NCBI RefSeq assembly: GCF_006345805.1
Contig: NC_043002.1
Span: 1,364,001 to 1,428,000 of the forward strand
Source of the DNA: Octopus sinensis
Lineage: Eukaryota
Reading direction: 5' to 3'
Length of the DNA: 64,000 nucleotides
The position numbers and the translations under genes are program-made. The notes under the pieces are model-generated. The model saw only the letters and a program-made list of their open reading frames with translations. It did not search any database and was not told the origin of the DNA. Shown piece after piece: positions 1 through 13,794 of the stretch (its first letter is position 1; the number at the start of each line of letters is the position of its first letter).

Positions 1-1770
1 GACCGCGAACCATTAACTTGAACTTGGAAGGAGCGATCTGAGAGGAAGGCACCAACCCATCGTACAATATCCGGATGGAAACTATATGCTTGAAGCTTGA
101 CATGTAGTAGGCGGTGGTTTACCGAGTCAAAAGCTTTGGCAAAGTCCAATAAAACGATGTCAACAGCATCACTATCATCGAGGATGCGCGTCACCAATTC
201 TTCCATTACTAGTAAGTTGGTCAAGCATGATCTCTTCGGCACGAAGCCGTGTTGGGAATCAGTGATCGAGGCTGTGTTTAGGAGGTGGAGCATCATACTT
301 TTCTTAAGGATGGTTTCGAACATCTTGCTGATTATTGATGTAAGGGAAACCGGTCGGTAGTTAAGCGGGTCTTCGCGGCTCCCTTTCTTGAAAATTGGGC
401 AGATTATCGCTGTTCTCCAGTCTGCAGGTATAACACCCGTCGCCAATGACATATTGAATAGTCGTGTTAAGGGCTCGCAGATGACCGGAGCCAACGCTTT
501 GATAACCCGTGGGTGTATGCCGTCAGGGCCGTGACCCTTGTTGACATCGAGGCCTTGAATAACACGTTTGACTTGGTCCCGCGTGATGATCAATCGAAGC
601 ATTGGAGGTACCGATCTATCAAATGGAGGGGGTTCACGACCATCAACTTGTTTGAAAATAGTTGAAAAAGCCTCGACAAATAATTGACTCTGTTGATAAG
701 GGTCCTCAATCGATACGCCTGTTGAGTCTACCAACGTTGCAATCTGGTTGTTCAAGCGGGAATTCCGCTGGACATGGGCAAAGAAGGTTTTTGGATTGCT
801 ACTGGCATTTGCCGCGATTTTGTATTCATAACTGAAGCGTTCTTTCTTTTCAATTTTCACGGCTCGGTCTCGTTGAGTTTTGTACACCTCAAAAGCTGCA
901 GTCGAATCCAGATTTTTGAATTCAGCCCAAGCAATATCTCTGAGTCGACGTTCTCGTTTAACCTTCTTCGTCACCCAGGGCTTGTGTTTCTTCCTCTTGG
1001 GAAGTCCAACGGGAACTGCCTGGTCAGTCAAACAGATTACATATGCTTTGAGGGATGACCATAGTTCGTCAACTGAGGACAACGTCATCAGGGAACGCCA
1101 GTCCAGAAGCGCGGAAGCCTCGGTTAGAATTTCAAGATTAATTGCAGAGAAGACTCGACGTGGCAGCGAAGTAATCGTGGGCGTGGAAAAAGTTGTGTGC
1201 ATGACGAACTTCAGGACCGCATGATCACTCTTGGCAAGAGGGACGCACATAGATACGTCTGACACTGATCTTGGATAGCGGGAGAATACCAGATCTAGCA
1301 TAGATGGCTGCTGCCCAGACCGATGCCTTGTCGGATATTCAACATGTTGCGATAGAAAACAATCTTCAGCCACGTCAAGAAGGGCCTGGCCGAACCGGGA
1401 AGATGTTGTACAAATTGATGCGGGCCAATCGATCATGGGAGCGTTGAAGTCGCCTAGCACCAAGCAGTCATGCGAAGCTGAAACGAATCTTATCGCCTCG
1501 AGTAGATGAGCATCGTCCTGGGGGTCGGCTAGAGGCGGCCTGTAGACAGCCAACACGGGCAGGCAAAACTCAGATAGGCTCAGCTTGCAATAGACGGCAT
1601 CGAATTTGGTTGTAGGTTGAGCATTTGTGGGTAGAATACCGCAGGACGGTTTGTGCTCAGACTTAACATACACAGCAACACCTCCACCTCGCCTTTTTCC
1701 TCTGTCACATCCGAAAAGGACGTAGCCCTGCAGGTGGATCTCTGAATCCTTTACTGCTGGAGTCAGCCAA
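1..1770 (-). mobile_element. CR1/L2-clade LINE, 5'-truncated ORF2 (APE endonuclease + N-half of RT); continues beyond the left edge
   Basis: Manual translation of 1769->3 gives 589 codons with no stop: WLTP...RGGGVAVYV...VYRPP...LGDFNAPMIDW...LDLVF...KSDHAVLKF (APE), then GPDGIHPRV...NYRPVSLTSIISK...QHGF...LDFAKAFDSVNH (RT). Visibly more GC-rich than the flanks. The 5' end abuts (ATT)n at 1771. Confidence 0.93.
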
Positions 1771-1798
1771 ATTATTATTATTATTATTATTATTATTA

Positions 1799-1846
<48 letters not shown>

Positions 1847-1848
1847 CA
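1771..1848. repeat. (ATT)n/(TAA)n microsatellite at the 5' junction of the CR1/L2 element
   Basis: Direct reading of the sequence. Confidence 0.95.
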
Positions 1849-2180
1849 TATAAGTGTTAATAGATAGTTATAGCGTATGCAACACACATATACACACATA
1901 TGTGTTTATGTGTGAGCTTGTTTCAGATATTATCATGTAAAATACAGAAATTCGAAAATAATAGCCCATAATATATCACTGAGAATTTTGCAAATTCAAA
2001 ATATGCATCGTTTCCAGAAGAGAATGTTTCTATGGAGAACAGAAAGGTGTAACTGAAGTCATTGCAAAACAGAGTTATTTCTCTTGAGTGTTCTGGAATT
2101 GAAAGACAAATATAAGATTACAGAAAGTGATTACAGGATGAAAGGGGACACTCAGAAAAGGAAATTTAAGGGGAAGTGGA

Positions 2181-2218
<38 letters not shown>

Positions 2219-2731
2219 ATTAGGGCTTAGTAAAATAAATTACTTTGCCGCATACTGAACTTACTAGAAATAGCAGCCAAAAAAAACTTTTTAGCCATTT
2301 CTACAACTTAAAGAAAATTTCTCTCAGATAATGTTTACTCAAAATAACTCACGAAGGTATGGAGGTAAAAACAGAAAAATATCACAAGTACAAAGATCAT
2401 TTGAGAACGTTAACGTTTCTAGATTAGCCAAATAAACTCAGCATTTCTTTCGTCAGCTCAACATTTCTTAATTTGGATTTGGAAACTCTGAAAAGAAAGA
2501 ACATACCCTCCGGCGACTTATCACCTCAGATGAACCCGTTCAGACTGCCAGTGCTAACAAATTCAAAATGCGCAAGCGAAGATTCCCGCTCTCCCCTTCC
2601 ACCCACGTGGGTTATCTAGCAAACATTATATTTTAACGGTGAGAACCGAGGCAATATGACAGAGAGAAATGAATTATAATATCAACAATTGAGGGTAAAA
2701 TTAATAACTAATTAATTTTACCCTCAATTGT

Positions 2732-2896
<165 letters not shown>

Positions 2897-4164
2897 ATAA
2901 ATAAAGATTTTGATAAAATCAAAAGTAAAGAAAATTATGCAGGAAGGATAAATTCAGTTCGGGAGATTCGCTTTATTTTGGTAAAGCTAAAACAGTTTAA
3001 TAGTAGACAATGAAACGTTAATGCGTCTATAAATATATATTTATATGCATGCAGTAGATTCATACACAAATTCAATGAATAATGCGCAAAGAAAAAATAG
3101 AAGCAGGAGAAAATCTATTCAGTTATATAAAAATAGTAGAAATGATGTCTACAGGTAGATGTAGGTTTGCTAGTGTTATGTTCAGAGATCCACGTAGATT
3201 TTCACAACCCAATCGGCTTTCTGTAGATTTGTTAATTAACTACGATACTGAGTAGTATTACCAGTTTTGAAATACAGAGGAAATGTAGGAGAAATTAGGA
3301 TAAACAAGTTTATATTAAAGTTTCTCTGTGTGTTTAACCATTATGGTTGTTCGGAGCCCTGCGAGAGATGTTCCAAATGCATTCAGATTCTCAATCACAA
3401 CGATGCCTCAAGGAACTCTTTGATGCAATAGTGTTCCTTGAGAATTCGTTATTGTTGTCCCTGGACTCCAAACAACCAAAATGGTAAAACGGTCAGAGGA
3501 ACTTTAACAGAGACACATGTTTATGCCTATTTTACCTACGTTTGTTATATAGAAAAATATAAGCGATGGTGTGAAGAATGGGTGAATGGTAACTGTAGGC
3601 CCGTGTAGACTGGTGATGATGGAAGCAGATTTTAGTTTATTAGTAAATAAAAATCAAAGCTGCATTGACTGTGTATTTAGATCAGGGAACTGTAATGGTC
3701 TTGAAGTATGTGCATAAATTATATTCTTTATTCCAGTTCTTGTGTTTTTCTCCTGTTAAGCTTCATACACTTTGGTTTGTAATATACTTGCGAGATGAAA
3801 TTGGACAATTTCATTATTATTCACTTTTGTATATGACTGAAAGCTGTTATATAGATAAAGAATTACCTTCTCTGATAGTTATAAAGCGATTAGGCACTAT
3901 CGCAATGATTGCTTTGGTAGAGATGATTTATCTGTTAAATAGGATAGCTTCTGCCTTACATTACTGATTCGGTGGGTTCCTGTATTTCATGATGAACAGC
4001 TAACCTCTGACGTAGACGGTTAATGAACAAGCAGACTCTTCCTGTTACTTGTGTAATTTTAACTCAGCTAAAGATTGTTCTGATTAAATCATTTTTGTAC
4101 AGATGGGGAAATGCATATAAATTAAAACCGAGAACGTCTTAAGATATAATGTATACATTGATAC

Positions 4165-4268
4165 AGCGGCGTGGACTGGAACACAACGCATCTCCCAATC
4201 TGGGGGTCGAAACTACGATCCTACGACCTTGAGTGCAACACCCCAACCACTAGACCATCCGCTTTCAC
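4165..4268 (-). mobile_element. tRNA-derived SINE head fragment
   Basis: Minus strand reads GGATGGTCTAGTGG (A-box-like)...GTAGTTTCGACCC (B-box-like)...GCGTTGTGTTCC; resembles the SINE at 14001. Confidence 0.6.
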
Positions 4269-7249
4269 AGAGAGAATAAGAACCACCAGGAAAATCATGA
4301 TTGGTCATATAACACTGATTTTGTCGTCCCTAGACATAATGTATAATATCCAGCGTCGGTCGATCTTCTTAAAATATATCTTTCACCACTTCACATTAAA
4401 CTTGGCTCTATGGAAACGTTTTTGAAGATATGGAGCACCAGGGTACTAATTCTTAATATTTAAAAGACAAATTCAATAGATTACCAACAAAGTTAAAAGC
4501 TGGTCCTTTTACAAGGTCATAGATAATTCACCTCCACGGAAAACCTCAACAATATGGACTTAAAAGCATGCATGTCTTTTCGTTAAAATTCTTAAATTCT
4601 TTATGGGAAAAGCAAATCTGAAAAATACTGCGAACTTGTGAACAACCAGATGAAATCTCTATGAAAAAATAAGGATGTATGGTGTAAGTTCAAATGAATT
4701 CTAACATACAAGACTTGAGTCTTTCACTGTCAACATCTATATATTAAAAGACGAGATTACTAAACATGTTCTCTGTTATGGAATTCAGACATCGAGGAAA
4801 TTCTATTTAAAGTAACATGACTGTCTATTTGTTTTTGCAGAAGTCGAATTCTTTAAGACGTTCCAACAACTCAAAAAAAGAATTGACTACAACAAAGTCT
4901 TATTTACCAGAAGATGATACGTTTTGACTGTTTGTGTATCTTGGTTAGGTCGGTCTTTGAATGCATGAGTTGTAACACATCCAGTGAAACAACCTGTTCT
5001 AAGCTAAAAGTAGCGAGATAATATTCAAACCTCACTAACACAAAATAGGACATAAAAAATTAACACTTCCTACCTACGCAATACAACTCTGAGAAAAATA
5101 GAGTGGGATTTGGCTAAACAAGTATACAGTCGACAAAGCAATTTCTTTATCAAATCTGAAAATTGTAGCCTCTATTTTTGAAAGAAAAGGGTGTTCCTAC
5201 GTCTGTAACAGAAAAAGAAATTAATCTATTCATTTATTTACAGGAAACCAGTATTGCTGTTATTAAAACTGTCAAAACCATTGTCGACTTTGTATTAACA
5301 TTTTCAAGACTAGGAATATTATGAGATCGATCCACTCGTAAAAGATATTGGTTTGGTGTGTGGACAATAGGAAAGGATTTATGTATCATAGCTTATATCG
5401 TTAAATAACAACAGTATAACACACTCTCCCCTCTTCTCTCTCTCTCTCAGACGTATGAAATTAATATTAGATTTATTCGTTAAACGGATATGATTTGATA
5501 CGAACCATACCAGGTTCATTTTTTTTCAATTGTTACACTAGAAGTACATTCAATCAATTAAAACTTTTCTAGATAAGGATCGAAACTACACACATTAGAT
5601 GAATGGTTGTAGTTGATTATATCACCATCTATACTTAAATGTTAGTCCTGTTTATAGAAGTCGTAAATGTCAAATATTTCCCGGTAGAATGTGATCTCAC
5701 TAAATGTAAGGAATCAGAACGCATTTTGTCTGTGATTCAAAGAATTCAACTTTTGCATTGATTTTACTTGTGTTTTAGAACCTATTACACAGATAATCCT
5801 TGTGCATCTATTTAACAGCTTAAGTTTCATATTCTTGAAAGTTTCATAGACATGGTTTTGGTAAAATATTCATCAAAAGTAAATATTCCACATCCTGTTC
5901 TGTCATCTGCAATGCAGCTCCAAGCCAATTGCTGCAAAACATTTCCAAAGAAAAAATTGCAAGGGTTAGGGTTGCCACCGTAAGATTAATCTGGAAAAGA
6001 ATGTAATTTATTTTGTCTTCCAGAATCTAAACGAACTTAAGAAAAAGACAAAATGTTTTGTGAGAAAAGAAGCAGATTTTGTTAAAGGTGTTTATTATTA
6101 AATCATTAGCATATAATTTCCTTAACACAGACGAAAATGTGTTACTAACCCCACAAGATTAGAAACAAACCAGATTCTTAAATAAAATTTTTTAAATAAA
6201 TATTTTTGGAAAGTAAAATATCAGAAGCAAACATCATTTCATGAAAACAGTTTTTCCTCGGGGTGTAAAATAATATTGTTAGTTTCTCTCATTAATATTC
6301 GCAACACGACTCTCTGTAGAAGGCAAAAGAGGACATTGGAAATGTTTGCTTAAAGCAACACTTTTGTAATTTACAGTCACTTCATCTATCATCGTATTAA
6401 TGCGAGCAAAGCATTTAAATATATTAGAGAGAATAATTGTAAATAACAAAACATAGCAGTAAGTCTCTGGTGCCATCGGCCAGAGAAGTAAAAAGAAGAA
6501 AAGTAAAGTGGCTTTAAATTATAAGTTTATATTGGTCGTACATGATCATAAATGGGTCAGATGTGTAGTATTATTGCAAGAACTCCACCAAGATTAACGA
6601 GTTTCTGAATAAGAAAATTGATTTCTAGATTCTGACGATGCAGCTCATTTTCGTGAAGCGATACATTCTATAATTGGTAATTATTATTTACCTAAGGAAT
6701 TTGAATTCAAAATGTAAAAACACAACTAAATTGTGCAAATATTTAAATCACTATCTCTGGTATTAGAATGTCCTTTCGGCAATAACATTAAACGAAGCGA
6801 GGCTGGAATCATTATAGCGCCAAACAAAATCCCTTTCGGAATTACGTTTTGAGTTCCAATCCAATAAAGACCAACTCTACCTTTCGTTCTTTCGCAGCCG
6901 ATTAAAGAAGTTTTCTTATTTATTTTCTGCAACGGAAATGAAATCTAGGAGCTTCTACAAAACCAATGACCCTGAATTCAGATTTGATAATCAAATTTCA
7001 TTATCACATCCAGATTCTCTATTTAAAACGACATCATTTTCCCATTACTTTCCTCAAATTCCAATGGCGGTGCCTTCTTTTAGGTTAGTCATACTTAAAT
7101 AACGCTGCAGTCTGGAATCAAGCCTTACTGCGTTTGCAAATTATATTCTAAGTTAACTGTGTGTAAATTAGTAGATAATCTGCATCTGGATTGCATTCAT
7201 TATGTTTCTTTGTTTCCATATCATTACTGAATCTTCAGAAGAATTGTCA

Positions 7250-7600
7250 TCTGTGACCATTTCTGATAGAACTGGCGGTGGGCTTTTCTCCATGATGTAA
7301 ATGATTTTAAAGCTGCTTGGCATTCTATCGACATATTTTTATAGTTAAAACCAACTTTGTTATACCAAAGTAACATTCATCACAGTAATTTGTGAAATCA
7401 CGCCAAATAATGGGAAATGCGAATAGCATAGTTTTGCTGTGCAGTGAAGCTTTTAACTTTGCATTGTCCGAAGAGAACATGTCTCTCGTGTTGCAAACAA
7501 AACTGTATTTGTCGGAAAGCTCCATGCTTGTCATTGTTTCTTTGATGTTACATAGGTTAATATTTGTCTACAGCAATAGCAAAAGTAATCTGGTTGATTG
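7250..7600 (-). mobile_element. Degraded DNA-transposon transposase N-terminus, Chapaev3-like (tentative family)
   Basis: Minus-strand peptides DYFCYC and FAFPIIWRDFTNYCDECYF resemble the FCYICG...PMVWREPxNHxDDCYFC motif. The Chapaev3 assignment is from memory of that family. Confidence 0.4.
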
Positions 7601-7957
7601 ATACAAGCACGTGCAATTGAAGACATTCTGAAAGACTCGAGAGGATCTGAGAACTTAATTTAGTAAATGTTACGTGACATGTCTGCCTTGACACAATGCA
7701 CTGAGGCTCAAAATAGAATTTAATTTATAAAACCTTAACGTAATTCTCAGTCAGAATCGGCGTGACACAACGTTTGTAACAGAGCTGCACCGTTTTACTT
7801 AAAACTTCCATCTACCAAATTTCATTTACAAATTTTGGCTCAATACAACGCTTCAGAAAATGGTAACTGCTGAAGATTCAACGCAAGGAAACCAAGCCTA
7901 GGACATCTTGGTTCTGGTGCAAACTCCTTTAATATACGACTATGCTGCACCTAGCAA

Positions 7958-7960
<3 letters not shown>

Positions 7961-8024
<64 letters not shown>
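7961..8024. repeat. (ATCT)n microsatellite
   Basis: Direct reading. Confidence 0.95.
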
Positions 8025-8439
8025 GTCCGTCAGTACGTTCGTCAGTCTGTCCGTCTGTCTGTCTGTCTGTGTGCATGAGTGTGCCCGTGCATGTGTGGTC
8101 ACACATACAACACATACCTATATTCATGCATAAGTATGTATCTACGTATGCATTTGCTTGCGCTGACTACGTTTCAGAAAGGAATATCTTTGTACATTCA
8201 TCTCTTTAATACACAGCGATCGAGGGGAAAATAAAAAGGAAGGTTGACCTCTTCTCAAATGGATAAAATCGAAGCCTCAGTGTTGTAAACCAATCTCTTT
8301 AGCGATGTAGGTTTTCAGGCATACAGAATACATTAATGTTTTGTCAACATTTACTTTCAATTGATTTGTAAGCTTTAAATCCCTTTATTTACTCGTTAAT
8401 ATATTAGTTATCTTAAAAGGACACGTTTAATTGTCAAAA

Positions 8440-8600
8440 TATTGACTTCTAGCTCCGTGCGGGAAGCAACAGGCTTTGCAGATAGCTCTAATCGATTTAA
8501 TCGATTACTTGTCCTTTAATTATTTTATCGGCCTCCAGAGGATGCAGAGTAAAATGGATCTCGAAAATAGTGGAAGTCAGAATTTAATGTGACCCGCCAT
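8440..8600 (-). mobile_element. Highly degraded copy of the ~230-bp SINE family
   Basis: TATTTTATCGGCCTCCAGAGGATGCAGAGTAAAATGGATCTC aligns loosely to TTTATCGACCCCGAAAGGATGAAAGGCAAAGTCGACCTC of the 35-kb copy. Confidence 0.4.
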
Positions 8601-8881
8601 TTTATGGGAAAATATTTGAAAGCATTTTACTATTAACGTACTACACTGGATTTAGTACAAACAAACTAAAGACTTTAAAATCGATTATATCGATTTATCG
8701 AGATATTTATAGATGCTGTTTTGTGGATTGATAGCAGTAAGGCTAAAATAGACCGATCCGCGAAAAGTGCTGAGTGTGTAATGAGGAAGAGAAATCCGTT
8801 CTGCACATAAGTACTTGTAGTCCTTTGGCATTGAATGAATAGAGACGCAGACATGATTGTGTGACCAAGGCATGATATTGA

Positions 8882-8943
<62 letters not shown>

Positions 8944-9149
8944 TATCAGTAATTAAAATATAACGTCGTGAGTTGGTTGTTTCCAAGGTCACCACTCCCT
9001 TGATCACTGTGGTAATAAGAACATGTTTGACTTCTGTTGTAGGGAGTACCTAGTCCTTTTTTTTTGATTACACAGGAATTTTAAGCCCCATTATTGATTT
9101 CCTTGTCACCATCTGCTGAACCATTCTACAGAGACATAGGAAGGAGGAA

Positions 9150-9830
9150 ATAAATATTGAAAATCCCTTCCCCTCCTACGGACGAAGCTGAAAATTTTTG
9201 GAAAAAATATTTGGCGTAATGAAAAGATATACAATGAAAATGCGGACTGGATTAGACACATAGAAGGATCCTACAAAAATTTACCAGAACAAGCATGGGA
9301 AAACATCACAATAGCAAACTTAAGGATGACGCCCAGGAAGGCTCATAAGTGGAAATCCTCTGATAAGAGTAGGGTAACAAATTTCTGGCTCGCATCGCTC
9401 CCTTGCGCACACGTAAAGTTAGTTCAGCTATTCAATGAGGTTACGAAAGATCTTAAGGAAACACCGGACTGTTTAGAATTTGGTATGACTTACCTACTTG
9501 CAAAGAATAATGAAACCAAATACCCTCACAACCGTCGGCTCATAACATGTCTATGTACCACGTCCATCCTCGTGGAGAAAACATACGCAGTTATGGAAAT
9601 AGAACGATATTTTCCCCTGAGCAAAAAGGATGCCGACAAGGCTTATATGGTTGCAAACACTAACTCTTAATCAATCGTACGACCCTTAAGAAGTGTCATG
9701 ACAAACGCAGAAGTTACAGTCCCACTTGATTGATTATAGGAAGGTTTTTGACAACATACTGCATTCATGGATCTTGAAATCACTGGATGTCTTCAAAATG
9801 TTTCCGGTGATTTCAAATTTCCTGACCCTA
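9150..9830 (+). mobile_element. Old R4/Dong-clade LINE RT fragment (divergent subfamily), pseudogenised
   Basis: Across frameshifts: EAENFWKK...YNENADWI...KAHKWKS...NFWL...LITCL...EQKGCRQGLYGCKH-LLIN...IDYRKVFDNILHSWIL. Homologous to the young copies' EQKGCRKGSYGCKDQLMIN...IDYKKAFDSIPHTWIL. Confidence 0.8.
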
Positions 9831-10379
9831 AAACTGTTCATGAAATTCTTGTCCAAAACCCAATAGAAATATGTTATGTCGTAATAATTGTGAAATTATT
9901 AAAAAAGGATGAAATTAAAAAATGATGAAATGGAAATTAATGTAATTTTTATTGTTTAAATCGCTTCAGCACACGATAAAGTCACTGGAAAATTATCATA
10001 AAAAACCGAATGAATATTAACTTTAAAACTATTCGTTCTAAAAACTGTATCTCATAATTTTATATCCTAATTAGTATACTTTTTCATTCTATATTTTATT
10101 CAATTCTCTCCATATTCAATAATTTCATCAACAATACCATATGATTATATTTCTTAACATTTATATTCAACGGAATATAAATTATATGAATAGTTTTATC
10201 AATAACATTGTCTATTTCGATTTAACCTTTTCTATTTAGAGAAAATAGGATTAATATTTTGAAATCTGTTTATGGACGCTAAAAATTATAAAGCTTCTCG
10301 TCAATTCTTCCCAGTTATTAGAACAACTCATTTCGCCATTGTTACAAATTCTAAACGAACGAAAAATAATGTAGTCTTT

Positions 10380-12170
10380 ATGTGTTCTGCAGCAGATTGT
10401 GTGTTTCGAGTGAATTCTTATAGCGATTTGTGTTTCAAGAAAATGTAATCATCAGCCGGATTGTTGGGCAAAAGATCACTGGATGAAACTCAAGTGAAGG
10501 TATATGTATGTACAGAGGCGTAAATGTAAGGACAATCAAGATAGGCAAGTCAGTATGCCAAAAGTATTAAATACGTTTAATGCAAAAGATGTACATATGT
10601 TTACATATGAAAAGGTCCGACGAGGTGCATGTATGTTCTTTCCTGTTTTAATTCTTTAAATTCTTCCTTTGAAGAAGGAGCTGCTTTCTACCAAAGCTAC
10701 ACGGCTCTATCGTTGGAATGTTGACAACGAAAACAATGTCACATTTTAAACCTGAAAAAATGTTTTTCTGTAGTTTTACTGTTCTACTTACGTATTGTAT
10801 TTGTAATGTACGAGTCAATTAGTTGATTTCTTTTTCTGAAAATCTAAGCTTATCTAGTCTGACAGTTAGGCATTTACTCACAAAGCCAAGTGCTCCAATT
10901 ATTACTGGTATAAATGTAAATTTGTAGTCTTTCAAAGCTATAATGGAAGTGACGAAGGAGCATATTCGGCAAATTTCGCTTTATGAGTTCAATAAAGGCA
11001 ACAACGGAAAGTATGATGATTATAAATTCAGTATATGGGGATTGGACAACAAGTGTGAGCCAGTGTCAACGGTGATTCCAGAAATTCCGAGCCAGAAGCT
11101 ACAGCCTAAAAGACGAGCCTTGTCCTTGAAGATCTGTAGAGCTCGACGAGGACGTTTTGCAAACACTGGTGGAACAAAATCCCATCGTAACTGTTGAAGA
11201 ACAAGCAGAAAGACTTAGATTTGGTAATTCAATCACTCATTGACACCTGCGTGCCAACGGGAAAGTCAGAAAATTGGGTCAATAGTTCCTCACATATTTT
11301 CCAAGTTTAATCGCGCGCAGAAAGTGAATGTGTGCTCTTCTTTGATGTCACGTCTCCCGAATGAACCTTGTTTGGACCGAATAGTGATTGGTGACTAGAA
11401 ATAGGTTCTCCATAAAAATATCAAGTGCCGAAGACGGTGGGTAGGGAAAGAAGAAACGCCAGACTAAAGAAGGTCATCACCCACGTAAGGTGTTGTTATC
11501 TGTTTGGTGGGTTGTGAAAGGTTTAGTCTAATTTGAACTTTTAAACTCGAACCAAACGACAACAAAGGAGATGTACTGCGAGCAATTTGAGCAACTTAAG
11601 TCAGCGCTAGAAGAAAAACGACCATCTTTGGTTTCAAGACGAAAGGTGTTCTTCCATCAGGATAATGCTTGGCCAAATACAGCAAGGATGACATTCGAAA
11701 GGATGGAGCAGTTTGAATGGGAAACGATGCCCCACCCACCATATTCGCTGGACATTGCCCCGTCTGACTATCATTTAGTCCGCAGTCTTCAAAATCATTT
11801 GGACGGAAAAAATATGAATTCTGTAGACGAGGTCAGAACAGTAGCGGAGGAGTATTTTTTCGTCATGGACAAGTGAATTATGGAAGAGGGGCCTTGCAAG
11901 TCTGCCAGATAGATGGAGGGGCATTGTAGAAAATGAAGGAGAGTATATTTCAGATTGAAAAAGAACTTTCTTAATTTTGAAAAATAAAAGATGTGTAAAA
12001 AAAACACATTATTTATGGAATGACCCAATATATTGTTTTGTCGCATACGGAGGTAGTAACTTGATCACATTTTGGGGCACCTGCTAATCACGTATGCTGT
12101 CTTCCAAAGATATGGCATAATCTACATTTTCAGTTGCATTTTGGAAATCCAAGGGCTTCCCTATCTTCTG
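10380..12170 (+). mobile_element. Possible degraded MULE/Mutator transposase split by the mariner (pieces at 10380-10780 and 12030-12170)
   Basis: Remnant peptides CAADCVFRVNS, TYEKVRRG, SFEEG before the mariner and CFVAYGG, GHLLI, FSVAF after it resemble MULE motif order. Many stops. Confidence 0.3.
10880..12030 (+). mobile_element. Mariner (DD34D) transposon, degraded
   Basis: MEVTKEHIR...YEFNKGNN; GQ-VPH; IVIGD; VLLSVWW; FHQDNAWP...HPPYSLDIAPSDYHL; ends EGEYI. The right TIR-like end is ATTTATGGAATGACCCAATA at ~12011-12030; the left TIR is not recognisable. Confidence 0.9.
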
Positions 12171-12181
12171 TATATATGTAC

Positions 12182-12212
<31 letters not shown>

Positions 12213-12364
12213 AGTGTCATTATTCAGTTCTATTTCAAGATTTCTTGCCAATAGAGAAAGTGTTGGTTTCTAACTTAGAACCAAGGATCCTTCATTGCAG
12301 TATCACCATCAACAGGGTATTTTTGTATGCAAGCATGCATGCATGTATATGAGTATATATATAT

Positions 12365-12452
<88 letters not shown>

Positions 12453-13231
12453 GTATATGTATATATACGTATAATAAACATATACATATATACATAGACA
12501 TAAATGTTTATATCATGTTATATATTCATATTTTATGCACACACACATATACACATGCATGAGTGTGTATGTGTGTGTATGTGTGAGTATATGTGTGTAT
12601 ATGTTTGTATGTGTGTATGTTTGTGTGTGTATGTATGTGTGTGTGTGTGATTAGGTAAATTTATATGAATGTGCCGGAGCACTTCCGTTCGTGTCTGTTC
12701 GAATTCTAAACCCTTTCCAATTATCGATTAGCTTTCAAGAACCACTCGGTAACACCAGTTTTGAGACACTTAACGGATCAATTACAAATTGGTTTATCCA
12801 CGGATTACCGAACTCTAACATGTATGCTAGCTTGATGGAAAGCCACATGCAGATTTATATTTCTCCATCAACAATGAAAAGCCGTCGGCAATATCTATAA
12901 ATGATGTAATCTGGTCTTGATGTTTTCCAAGACATTAATCGTATGTAACATGTAGAACTTACTATCAACCTGACTTTTATAAAACAAATTAGAAAGGTTT
13001 TTTTTAATTGTTAAGTAAATAAAACATTGTAAAGTGGGATTACACACACACACTCATACACACACACATGCACACACACACACACACACACTCACGCACA
13101 CACATCCTCATCATCATCATACAGACACACACATATACTCAATTGGTAGTGACCCAGTATATCAGTTAGCATCGGAAACGTTACCGACATCACATGCCAT
13201 TCATTGTAAGAGCGTAAATTGTATGTGAATA

Positions 13232-13639
13232 CTAGCAGCATAGCCCGGCGTTGCCCGGGTATGTAAGAACCCCTAGTAGGCAACGACTAATCCCAATCTA
13301 GTTCTTTCCCTCTAGGGAACGAAGGCGCATGTGTATGTTGCAATGTCTTCTCTTCACTCGAATACTTCTATGTATACGATGTTCCTAGCTGTCTCCCGAC
13401 TGAAAATGTGTTGCATATAAAAAGCTTAGATTCTCGACCCCATGTCGAATTTATCGATTCTTTTCAGAACTGGGGGAACTTTTCAAAATTTTCGCTGCGT
13501 TAGTTTTGAATTATGACATTGGGCTATGTGTGTGTCAGGTTTCATCAGAATCGGTTGAAAGCCGTGGTCGGGGTGAGGGTACAACCTGACAGCCACACAG
13601 ACACACAGACAGACAAACTGCCGTTTATATAGAGAGAGA
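13232..13639 (-). mobile_element. Non-autonomous Helitron (408 bp)
   Basis: Minus strand begins 5'-TC at 13639 and ends CTAG at 13232. A GC-rich hairpin CCCGGGCAACGCCGGG lies 8 nt before the CTAG. Inserted between A and T with no TSD; microsatellite-like (TGTC/TG) stretch near the 5' end. Confidence 0.8.
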
Positions 13640-13794
13640 TATACGAAGCTACAGACAAGCAACATATATTTACGAACATTCACGCACACACACACACACA
13701 CATACATACATACATACATACATACATACACACATACATATGTATGTGGTGAATGATATGAAATTGATAAAATAGTAATAGAAGACGAAGAAGA

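Noticed and set aside
97-1224. Plus-strand ORFs 97..360, 774..1058 and 880..1224
   Set aside because: Antisense shadows of the CR1/L2 ORF on the minus strand.
5963-5971. Telomere-like GGGTTAGGG (also TTAGGGTTAGGG at 50384-50395)
   Set aside because: At most two units; expected by chance.
10425-10456. Minus-strand CTGATGA...GAAAC
   Set aside because: The intervening 12 nt cannot form stem II; not a hammerhead.
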